From: Bacteroidales bacterium
GTDB taxonomy: Bacteria > Bacteroidota > Bacteroidia > Bacteroidales > CAIWKO01
Direction of reading: 5' to 3'
Assembly (NCBI GenBank): GCA_035389045.1
Contig: DAOORA010000045.1
Location: forward strand, 1 to 35,825
Length of the DNA stretch: 35,825 bases
The notes beneath the pieces were generated by a model. That model saw only the letters and a list, made by a program, of their open reading frames with translations, had not been told where the DNA came from and searched no databases. Of the stretch, positions 10,456 to 18,198 are shown in pieces. Position 1 is the first letter of the stretch. Each line of letters starts with the position of its first letter. Both the position numbers and the translations under genes were made by a program.

Positions 10456-10821
10456 ATGAGTGTGAATGATGATATTTTTAAATTTGAGCAATTGGCCGTC
10501 TACCAAAAAAGTTTGGAATACCTTGATTTCACTTATGAAACTTCATGTAAATTTCCTTCGAATGAAATATTTATGCTCACTTCTCAATTCATAAGAGCCG
10601 CCCAATCTATATCATTAAATATTGCAGAAGGTGCAGGCGGAAGCAATGCTATGTTCAGACGATATCTTAACATTTCAAAAGGTTCTATGAGAGAATGTAT
10701 TGTTTGTACTACTATTGCTTATAGAAGAAAGTACATTTCTGATGCTGTTCAAAAAACATCAAGAATCAAACTTACTGAATTATCTAAAATGACAAGTGGC
10801 TTAATCAAATCAATTAATTAA
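10456..10821 (+). CDS. Four-helix-bundle protein (23S rRNA IVS protein / Avd-like family)
   Basis: FEQLAVYQKS, FPSNEIFMLTSQFIRAAQSISLNIAEG, FRRYLNISKGSMRE; 121 aa; visibly AT-richer than its neighbours. Confidence 0.92.
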   Translation: MSVNDDIFKFEQLAVYQKSLEYLDFTYETSCKFPSNEIFMLTSQFIRAAQSISLNIAEGAGGSNAMFRRYLNISKGSMRECIVCTTIAYRRKYISDAVQKTSRIKLTELSKMTSGLIKSIN

Positions 10822-10861
10822 CTCAAAACTCAAAACTCAAAACTCATAACTCAGAACTCAA
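10820..10861 (+). repeat. Heptamer tandem array (AACTCAA)3-AACTCAT-AACTCAG-AACTCAA, inverted relative to the upstream array
   Basis: Six units starting within the stop codon; core AACTC is the reverse complement of core GAGTT. Confidence 0.92.
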
Positions 10862-10885
10862 AAAAAACAATTAAAACATATAAAA

Positions 10886-11812
10886 ATGGCAAAAGTACTT
10901 ATAGCTACCGAGAAACCATTTGCGGCAGTTGCTGTGAACGGAATTAAAAAAATCTTTGACGAAGCAGGCTTCGAAACCGTGCTTCTTGAAAAATATACCG
11001 ACAAAGCCGACCTGATCAGTGCAGTGACTGATGTGGATGCCATGATCATCCGAAGCGATAAAGCCACGGCAGAAGTGATCAGTGCAGCAAAAAACCTTAA
11101 AATCATTGTCCGCGCTGGTGCAGGATATGACAATATTGACCTTGCTGCCGCCAGTGCACAAAAAATAGTGGCCATGAACACTCCGGGACAAAACTCAAAC
11201 GCTGTTGCCGAGCTGGCTGCCGGAATGATGGTCTTTATGTCGCGTCAGCAATTCAAAGGAGGTTCCGGAAATGAATTAAAAGGAAAAAAATTAGGTTTTC
11301 ATGCCTATGGCAACGTTCCAAGGATGATGGCCAATATTGCCAGAGGCTTTGGCATGGAATGTTATGCTTACGACCCTTTTATTCCTGAAACCGAGATTGC
11401 TAAAGACGGGGTGAAAGTAGTAAAAGACCTGAACGAACTGTACACGACATGCCAGTATGTATCATTGCATATTCCCGCCAATGAACAGACCAAAAAATCT
11501 ATTAACTTTGAACTGATGTCCAAAATGCCTAAAGGCGCAACTATCATCAATACAGCACGCAAGGAAGTGATCTGCGAAGATTCACTGAAACGCATGCTGG
11601 ACGAACGTCCTGATTTTAAATATTGCTCTGACATAGCTCCCGATTGTCATGCTGATATTAACGGAAAATATGAAAACCGTTATTATGCCACACCAAAAAA
11701 ACAGGGAGCCGAAACTTCTGAAGCTAATATTAACGCCGGACTGGCTGCTGCAAACCAGATTGTTGGCTATCTTAAGAATGGCATCACCAGGTTTCAGGTA
11801 AATAAATTTTAA
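10886..11812 (+). CDS. serA: D-3-phosphoglycerate dehydrogenase (short form, no ACT domain)
   Basis: IIRSD, RAGAGYDNID, NTPGQNSNAVAEL, YDPF, SLHIP, INTAR; position in the serC operon. Confidence 0.88.
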   Translation: MAKVLIATEKPFAAVAVNGIKKIFDEAGFETVLLEKYTDKADLISAVTDVDAMIIRSDKATAEVISAAKNLKIIVRAGAGYDNIDLAAASAQKIVAMNTPGQNSNAVAELAAGMMVFMSRQQFKGGSGNELKGKKLGFHAYGNVPRMMANIARGFGMECYAYDPFIPETEIAKDGVKVVKDLNELYTTCQYVSLHIPANEQTKKSINFELMSKMPKGATIINTARKEVICEDSLKRMLDERPDFKYCSDIAPDCHADINGKYENRYYATPKKQGAETSEANINAGLAAANQIVGYLKNGITRFQVNKF

Positions 11813-11852
11813 GTTATTTCATTATAATAGTTACCAACAATACCTTAAGCGA

Positions 11853-12296
11853 ATGGAAAACGATAAAAACATTTTTTTCTTCAGATTCGAAGATCTGAGG
11901 ATCTACAACAAAGCGCTTGAATACGTAAATTGGGTATATGCCAATACTCAGCCATTCCCTGACCCCATGAGGTTATGCCTGACCAACCGATTTATTGGTG
12001 CTGCACAAGCCATCGCGATAAATATTTCCGAAGGATCCAGCAGAGGCAAGGCCCAGTTCATATATTACCTGAAGATGGCCAAAAGTTCTATCAGGGAATG
12101 TATTGTTTACACCTCAGTGGCAGGAAAACTTGGATTTCTAAGCGAAAGCAGCGTTGAAGATTCGCGCAATGCGCTGATAGAAATGACAAAAATGATAGGC
12201 GCCCTGATCGCATCCCTTCAACGAAACGTCAAGCCGGAAGATAAAACAGATGATGATTTTGAAGATAATGTAAACCTGAACACAGAAATCGTTTAA
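11853..12296 (+). CDS. Second four-helix-bundle protein with an acidic C-terminal tail
   Basis: FEDLRIYNKA, AAQAIAINISEGS, FIYYLKMAKSSIRE; clearly homologous to 10456-10821. Confidence 0.88.
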   Translation: MENDKNIFFFRFEDLRIYNKALEYVNWVYANTQPFPDPMRLCLTNRFIGAAQAIAINISEGSSRGKAQFIYYLKMAKSSIRECIVYTSVAGKLGFLSESSVEDSRNALIEMTKMIGALIASLQRNVKPEDKTDDDFEDNVNLNTEIV

Positions 12297-12372
12297 TCAT
12301 ACCCTTCGCAGATATATTTAATTGGTAAGATTTTACCATCATCTTTTAATAATATTTAAATTTTTTTGAAAC

Positions 12373-13620
12373 ATGGCTATTTTAAAAGCTTTTAAGGGCT
12401 TACGCCCACCCAAAAACATAGCACACCTTGTAGCATCAAGGCCCTACGATGTGCTCAATTCAAAGGAAGCACGGATCGAAGCCGACGGAAATGAATATTC
12501 CCTGCTTCACATCATAAAACCGGAAATTGACCTTGCACCGGAAACAGACGAACACGATGCCCCGGTTTATGAAAAAGGAGCAGATAATTTCAGCAAATTC
12601 CGCGAAAAAAAATGGCTGGTGCCCGACGAAAAAGACTGCCTTTATATTTATGCACAGACCATGAACGGTAAGACACAATATGGCCTGGTTGGCTGTGCAG
12701 GCGTGAGCGATTATATGAACGGCATCATCAAAAAACATGAACTCACCCGGAAGGAAAAAGAAGAAGACAGGATGAAACATGTCCGAATTACCAACGCCAA
12801 TATGGAACCCGTATTCTTTACCTACCCTCCTGTAAAAGAAATTGACGATATTGTTGCCGGTATCGTTGAAAACCAGGCCCCTGAATATGATTTCACTTCC
12901 GTTGATGGCTTCGGCCACCATTTCTGGGTGATCAATGATGAACAAACGATCCACAGACTGATTGAGCTGTTCAAAAACATTCCGTATACCTATGTTGCCG
13001 ATGGCCATCACCGCACCGCTGCTGCTGCCCTGGTCGGTAATGAAAAAAAACAGCATAACCTCAACCATAACGGAACTGAAGAATACAATTTCTTTTTAGC
13101 GGTTCATTTTCCTGCCAACCAGCTTACAATTATTGACTACAACCGCGTCATTAAAGACCTGAACGGCCTGACGCCGGAAGAGTTTCTGAAAAAACTCGAA
13201 CTCGTCTTCACGGTTGAGCCTAAGGGCAGTGAGATTTACAAACCGGACAGGCTTCACAATTTCAGTCTTTACCTTGAAGGTACATGGTATTCACTGACGG
13301 CAAAGTCAGGCACCTTCAACGATGCTGACCCTATCGGGGTACTTGATGTCACCATACTGTCAAAACGGGTACTTGATGAAATTATCGGCATCAAAGATCT
13401 GAGGACCGACAAGAGGATTGATTTCGTCGGTGGCATACGAGGGTTGGGAGAACTGAAAAAACGTGTCGATTCCGGCGAGATGATAGCGGCTTTTGCATTA
13501 TATCCCGTATCTATGGAGCAGTTGATAAATATTGCCGACACCGGCAACATCATGCCCCCGAAAACTACCTGGTTTGAACCTAAACTGCGCAGCGGTCTGG
13601 TTGTGCACTCCTTAGAATAA
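12373..13620 (+). CDS. DUF1015 family protein
   Basis: PYDV, IKKHELT, YVADGHHR, MPPKTTWFEPKLRSGL; usual partner of serC-serA. Confidence 0.92.
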   Translation: MAILKAFKGLRPPKNIAHLVASRPYDVLNSKEARIEADGNEYSLLHIIKPEIDLAPETDEHDAPVYEKGADNFSKFREKKWLVPDEKDCLYIYAQTMNGKTQYGLVGCAGVSDYMNGIIKKHELTRKEKEEDRMKHVRITNANMEPVFFTYPPVKEIDDIVAGIVENQAPEYDFTSVDGFGHHFWVINDEQTIHRLIELFKNIPYTYVADGHHRTAAAALVGNEKKQHNLNHNGTEEYNFFLAVHFPANQLTIIDYNRVIKDLNGLTPEEFLKKLELVFTVEPKGSEIYKPDRLHNFSLYLEGTWYSLTAKSGTFNDADPIGVLDVTILSKRVLDEIIGIKDLRTDKRIDFVGGIRGLGELKKRVDSGEMIAAFALYPVSMEQLINIADTGNIMPPKTTWFEPKLRSGLVVHSLE

Positions 13621-13634
13621 AATTACAACAGGTC

Positions 13635-13668
13635 AAAAAAACGCCGGTCATTGAGCCGGCGTTTTTTT
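13635..13668. terminator. Bidirectional intrinsic terminator
   Basis: AAAAAAACGCCGG...CCGGCGTTTTTTT between convergent DUF1015 and DoxX genes. Confidence 0.9.
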
Positions 13669-14092
13669 ATTTCTTCCCATAAAATATCAAACGATCCAAA
13701 CTGTAACGTCCGGCGCCGGTAAATATAACTGACAAAAATACTATGCCCATTTCAATCGCATGTGAGGCCCCTTTGAGGCCATCTCCTGACGATAAATGCA
13801 TCAACGCAGCAATGATCATTGTGAAGAGCATCAGCAAGGCAGCTGGCCGTACAAACAATCCAGGAATCAACAACAGGCCGCCCAATGTTTCTGACAAGGC
13901 TGCCATAAATCCCCAGAACGTAAATCCAAACCCCACTCCGATGATATTCATCTGTGCTCCCAGAAAATCCCAGGTTGCCGGGCCGCCTGTCAATTTGGGC
14001 ATACCATGCAGGATAAACATGATGCCAATTCCGGTGCGTAATATCAGCAAACCAATATCTGTCGCCTGTGTTATAAATATTTTGTTTTTCAT
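13667..14092 (-). CDS. DoxX family membrane protein
   Basis: GLLILR...HG.PK, E..GG.LL, GAGRYSLD; four hydrophobic segments. Confidence 0.9.
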   Translation of the reverse strand: MKNKIFITQATDIGLLILRTGIGIMFILHGMPKLTGGPATWDFLGAQMNIIGVGFGFTFWGFMAALSETLGGLLLIPGLFVRPAALLMLFTMIIAALMHLSSGDGLKGASHAIEMGIVFLSVIFTGAGRYSLDRLIFYGKK

Positions 14093-14216
14093 GATTTTTC
14101 TTATTTAGAATTATTCTAAACAAATATCGGGCCATTTTTAACATAAACTCCTAAAATAATGGTTCGGTTTACCACACAATATCTGCCCTGCCGGATCGCA
14201 CGGGAAAAGCAAAATA

Positions 14217-15134
14217 TTAAACGCATTCCAGCACCAGCCTTCCCATCCGCATATTTTTCAGCAGGCAGCTCAATGCCTGACCGGGCAAGGTCTCAGGTTG
14301 TAACCAGTCGTTACAGTTGACAAAATAATCATTTCCGGTACCATCACTGACTATGAGCTTTTTAACCTCTTCGCCCGATTCATTAATATATGATTCTATT
14401 CCTTTATACATGAATTCATATATGTTTCCGGGTTTGTACCGGGGATGGATTGGTTCAAGATAATGTCTGTACGCCGATGGTGTGGAGGTAAAACGGGCAC
14501 ATACCTGGCTCCCCGGAATCAGGCCGTAATCTTTATAATATTTTTTTCTCAGGTAATGAAGGTTGCCCGATTCATCTTTCAGCACATAATATTCCTCATC
14601 TTCAGCCAGTGTTACAATGCAATCAACCAGGAAAGTATACACTCTGTCCATATCATAATTCACCTGTTTCCTCATACAAGCGGCAGGAGTAAGATATAAT
14701 TTTGCTTTTTTTATCCGGTCGACTGAGCATTTAATATGTTTTATATTGGTATCCATACCGGATGCATTGACATAAACATCGTTATTCCAACAATCTGCCA
14801 CGACCAGCATTTTTTCCGGTTTTCCGGATGAATTTACAATGGTCTCTGCCCTTTTTACAGGAAAATCATACATCTGTTTTTCTTTATAGAATGGATGTTC
14901 CGGTTCGAGATAAATTTTACCGGAACAATTAATTTTGTCGATGCGGCATTTGATTTTCTGCCCGGCCATGATGTTATAATGCACATAATGCTTTTCCGCC
15001 AGCAGATGCCTGGTCTGAAAAGGGCTGATCAGTACAAGAAATATATCATCATCGGGAGGCAAACTCAGACGGTTTATCACCGTGAATTCATATTCCTGGC
15101 CTTCCTCAAAAAAAAATGGTTTTGGCAATACCAA
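14217..15134 (-). CDS. Hypothetical protein with an internal duplication (possibly tandem OB/S1-like domains)
   Basis: 305-aa ORF 14 bp after the GH57 stop; TTG start uncertain; YLEPEHPFYK and YLEPIHPRYK repeat. Confidence 0.7.
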   Translation of the reverse strand: MVLPKPFFFEEGQEYEFTVINRLSLPPDDDIFLVLISPFQTRHLLAEKHYVHYNIMAGQKIKCRIDKINCSGKIYLEPEHPFYKEKQMYDFPVKRAETIVNSSGKPEKMLVVADCWNNDVYVNASGMDTNIKHIKCSVDRIKKAKLYLTPAACMRKQVNYDMDRVYTFLVDCIVTLAEDEEYYVLKDESGNLHYLRKKYYKDYGLIPGSQVCARFTSTPSAYRHYLEPIHPRYKPGNIYEFMYKGIESYINESGEEVKKLIVSDGTGNDYFVNCNDWLQPETLPGQALSCLLKNMRMGRLVLECV

Positions 15135-15148
15135 TAATTATTATAAAA

Positions 15149-16804
15149 TTAGATAAGTTTCCTGATACTGGCCAAAATGACTTTGCGGGCTTTTTCGATA
15201 TCTGCTTCCGTAACGGGAATATTCTCAGTAAAAAGTTTGTTGTACTCTTTTAACTGTGTCTTACCCAGGTGGGTGATCATAGTCTTTTTTACTTTATTAT
15301 CAGCATCTGCAAGGGCAAAATAGAGTGTCTTTATATCAATATCTTTCACCAATTGATTCAGACCGGTTTTATTGATCTTCAAAACATCTTTCAAAGTACT
15401 TTTCGAAGACATTGATGAACTCTGTTTCTTAGTTTTTACCGGTTTTGCTTTCTCAGTCAGGGCAGTTTTGTTAGTTTTTATATTTTTAGTTTCAGCGGAT
15501 TTTACTGTTTTTGCTTTTTCTTTTATGGTTTTACGGGCAGCGGTTTTTGCTTTTTCTGTTTTTGGAGATATCGGTTTTTCATTAAGTTCAGGTCGTTCCA
15601 CTTCAACGTAGTTAACCGGGTGCATATCGTTGAGCCGGATAATAAAGTCGCTCAGGATGTTCATAAAGTTTATATAAGCTTCGTAGGGCGAATTATAGGG
15701 ATTGAAGTATTTGTGCACATCGCCGTCTGAGAACCATTTGGTGCACATATAATAAAAATGGTCGCTGGTCTGAAGGTATTTCCAGTCGAGCTGAATCTGT
15801 TCATCAGCAACATCTTTAACTTTATTTTCAAGGCTGTAAAGTTTATCGAAAGCGTCATCCTGAAGTTCATTGCCAAGCCATGCAGTCAGGTCGCGTTCTT
15901 CGTCAGCCCATGAAATTGGATGAGGAACATATACAACTGCTTTGGGCTTCAATTTATCAGAGAGTTCCGAAGGGGTATAAAAACGATAATCGGAATGAGA
16001 CAGTACCCTGCCGGGAAGAGCTTTCATAAATTCAAAAATGCCGGTTTCTTTCCACTGGTGTTCACCGAATGTTTCATAATCCATAAAGAGGTTAATGGTT
16101 TCCTGAGCAGAGTCAATCTGATTTATCCAGTCAACGAATTTCTCTGTGGTGAGCGGCCATCCCTCCCAACTCTGCTGTGAGAAGCGGAAAGCAATATCAT
16201 CGCTGAGCCGGAAATTTTTCAGAAGAACATGGAGGTCAGAATTTTCAGCATTTGAATACATATAATTAGGACTTCTCCATCCAAGGATCTGTTTTGCACC
16301 TTCGGTGAGCATGGTCTTAAAACCCATATTTGCCACTTTAGCTCCGATCTCATCGGAATAGATCAGCTCGGTATTCCGGAAAGCTGTCGGGGCTTTCTTA
16401 AAATACCGTTTTACTTTTTCCGACTGAGCCTGTACCTGGCGTTTGAATTCGTCGTCGCTCCTGAGTGATGATAAGGAGTGAGAATATGTTTCGGCAAGAA
16501 ATTCGACACAGCCTGTTTCGGCAAGCTGAATATAGCTATCGAGCACATCAGGTGCAAAACGTTCAAACTGGTCGATGACCGTACCGGACAATGAAAAACT
16601 GACCTTAAAGGCCGGACCGTATTCATTGATCAGATCAAGCAACAGTTTGTTCATTGGCAGATAACACTTGTCTGCAATCCGCCTCATAATATAACGATTG
16701 CGGTAATCATCAAAATAAAAATGATTGGTGCCGATGTCGAAAAAACGGTAAGTTCTCAGACGAAACGGCTGATGGACCTGAAAATAAAAACAAATAGACC
16801 TCAT
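15149..16804 (-). CDS. Glycoside hydrolase family 57 (alpha-amylase-like) with a Lys-rich linker and an extra C-terminal domain
   Basis: FQVHQP, AETYSHSL, FRNTELIY (nucleophile), FMDYETFGEH, LQTSDHFYYM. Confidence 0.93.
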   Translation of the reverse strand: MRSICFYFQVHQPFRLRTYRFFDIGTNHFYFDDYRNRYIMRRIADKCYLPMNKLLLDLINEYGPAFKVSFSLSGTVIDQFERFAPDVLDSYIQLAETGCVEFLAETYSHSLSSLRSDDEFKRQVQAQSEKVKRYFKKAPTAFRNTELIYSDEIGAKVANMGFKTMLTEGAKQILGWRSPNYMYSNAENSDLHVLLKNFRLSDDIAFRFSQQSWEGWPLTTEKFVDWINQIDSAQETINLFMDYETFGEHQWKETGIFEFMKALPGRVLSHSDYRFYTPSELSDKLKPKAVVYVPHPISWADEERDLTAWLGNELQDDAFDKLYSLENKVKDVADEQIQLDWKYLQTSDHFYYMCTKWFSDGDVHKYFNPYNSPYEAYINFMNILSDFIIRLNDMHPVNYVEVERPELNEKPISPKTEKAKTAARKTIKEKAKTVKSAETKNIKTNKTALTEKAKPVKTKKQSSSMSSKSTLKDVLKINKTGLNQLVKDIDIKTLYFALADADNKVKKTMITHLGKTQLKEYNKLFTENIPVTEADIEKARKVILASIRKLI

Positions 16805-16810
16805 TATCGA

Positions 16811-18100
16811 TTATTTTTTAAATACAACTTTATTATAAACATCACTGACTTTTACGGCAGCATTATCCCATTTAAGGGTTTCAACTTCCTCCTTTCCAAA
16901 CTGGCGGAACACCTTTGAAAGCGCCTCATAATGAAGCAGGCCGTAGATGGCGTCGGCCATGGCGTCAATATCCCAGAAATCAATTTTCAGGGCGTACTTT
17001 AAAACTTCGGCCACTCCCGACTGTTTGGAAATGACCACGGGCACACTGGAACGCATGGCTTCGAGCGGCGAGATACCAAAGGGTTCCGAAACCGAAGGCA
17101 TCACGTATACATCGCTCAGCAAAAACATTTTGTCTACTTCTTCGCCCTGCAGAAACCCCGTAAAATGAAAATGGGTTGAAATACCCAGTTGCGCCACACG
17201 CAGTACCATACGGTTGAGCATGTCTCCTGAGCCCGCCATGACAAAACGCACATTTTTGTCTTTATCGAGAACACGCTTGGCGGCTTCCACAAAGTAATCC
17301 GGGCCTTTCTGAAAGGTAACGCGTCCAAGAAAAGTAACGACCTTTTCCCTTACTTTTTTCTCGACCACCAGGTCAGCATCACCGGAAGTATGTTCAACGG
17401 CATTATGAACCGTAAAGACTTTGTCCGGGTTGATGCCATAACGGTTGACAACAATATCGCGGGTATAATTGCTCACCGTTATCACTGCGTCGGCAGCTTC
17501 CATGCCCTTGCGTTCAATATCATAAACATTCTGGTTAATATGTTCACCGGAGCGGTCAAATTCAGTGGCATGCATATGTACCACCAGGGGCTTGCCGCTG
17601 ACTTTTTTTGCCGCCATTCCTGCCGGATAAGTAAGCCAGTCGTGGGCGTGAATGACATCAAACTGCTGCTCACCGGCAATAGTGGAGGCTACCAGTGCAT
17701 AACGGGTAACTTCCTCCATCAGGTTTTTACCGTATTTTCCGGAAAAAATATACTGCCGGGAGAAAACGGAGCTATATTCACTGGTATTTTCTAATTCTTT
17801 CCCTGTGGAAAAATTCGAAAACTCTTCTTCGCCCACATAAGGTATTAGGTTTGATCCGATTTCAATATAGGTCAGTTGCTTCCAGTGTTCCTGGTAGGCC
17901 TTATCGGTAAAATCAATACTGACATCGCTGGCATTGATCAGGCGCACGGCACGTTGATCTTCATCACCGTATGACTTGGGAACCACAAACAGCACCTCCA
18001 CCCCGCTTTTTAACAGGCCTTTGGTAAGCCCGAAACAGGCGGTACCAAGTCCTCCGGTGATATGGGGTGGAAACTCCCAGCCAAACATTAAAACTTTCAT
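16811..18100 (-). CDS. GT4 glycosyltransferase (probable alpha-glucan/glycogen synthase)
   Basis: GWEFPPHITGGLG, HAHDW, QKGP, PSVSEPFGISPLEA; operon context. Confidence 0.9.
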   Translation of the reverse strand: MKVLMFGWEFPPHITGGLGTACFGLTKGLLKSGVEVLFVVPKSYGDEDQRAVRLINASDVSIDFTDKAYQEHWKQLTYIEIGSNLIPYVGEEEFSNFSTGKELENTSEYSSVFSRQYIFSGKYGKNLMEEVTRYALVASTIAGEQQFDVIHAHDWLTYPAGMAAKKVSGKPLVVHMHATEFDRSGEHINQNVYDIERKGMEAADAVITVSNYTRDIVVNRYGINPDKVFTVHNAVEHTSGDADLVVEKKVREKVVTFLGRVTFQKGPDYFVEAAKRVLDKDKNVRFVMAGSGDMLNRMVLRVAQLGISTHFHFTGFLQGEEVDKMFLLSDVYVMPSVSEPFGISPLEAMRSSVPVVISKQSGVAEVLKYALKIDFWDIDAMADAIYGLLHYEALSKVFRQFGKEEVETLKWDNAAVKVSDVYNKVVFKK

Positions 18101-18198
18101 TTATTATATTTCTTAAATATTTATATTCTATTATTATATGATTTTTTTCAGGAATTATCCGGCAACTGCTTTCATGGTATTGAACCGTTTCTGTATTT

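Noticed and set aside
10456..10821. 23S rRNA gene with an intervening sequence
   Set aside because: The flanks are serC and serA; no rRNA sequence is present.
10456..12296. Diversity-generating retroelement, suggested by the Avd-like proteins
   Set aside because: No reverse transcriptase and no TR/VR pair with adenine-specific mismatches is visible in the window.
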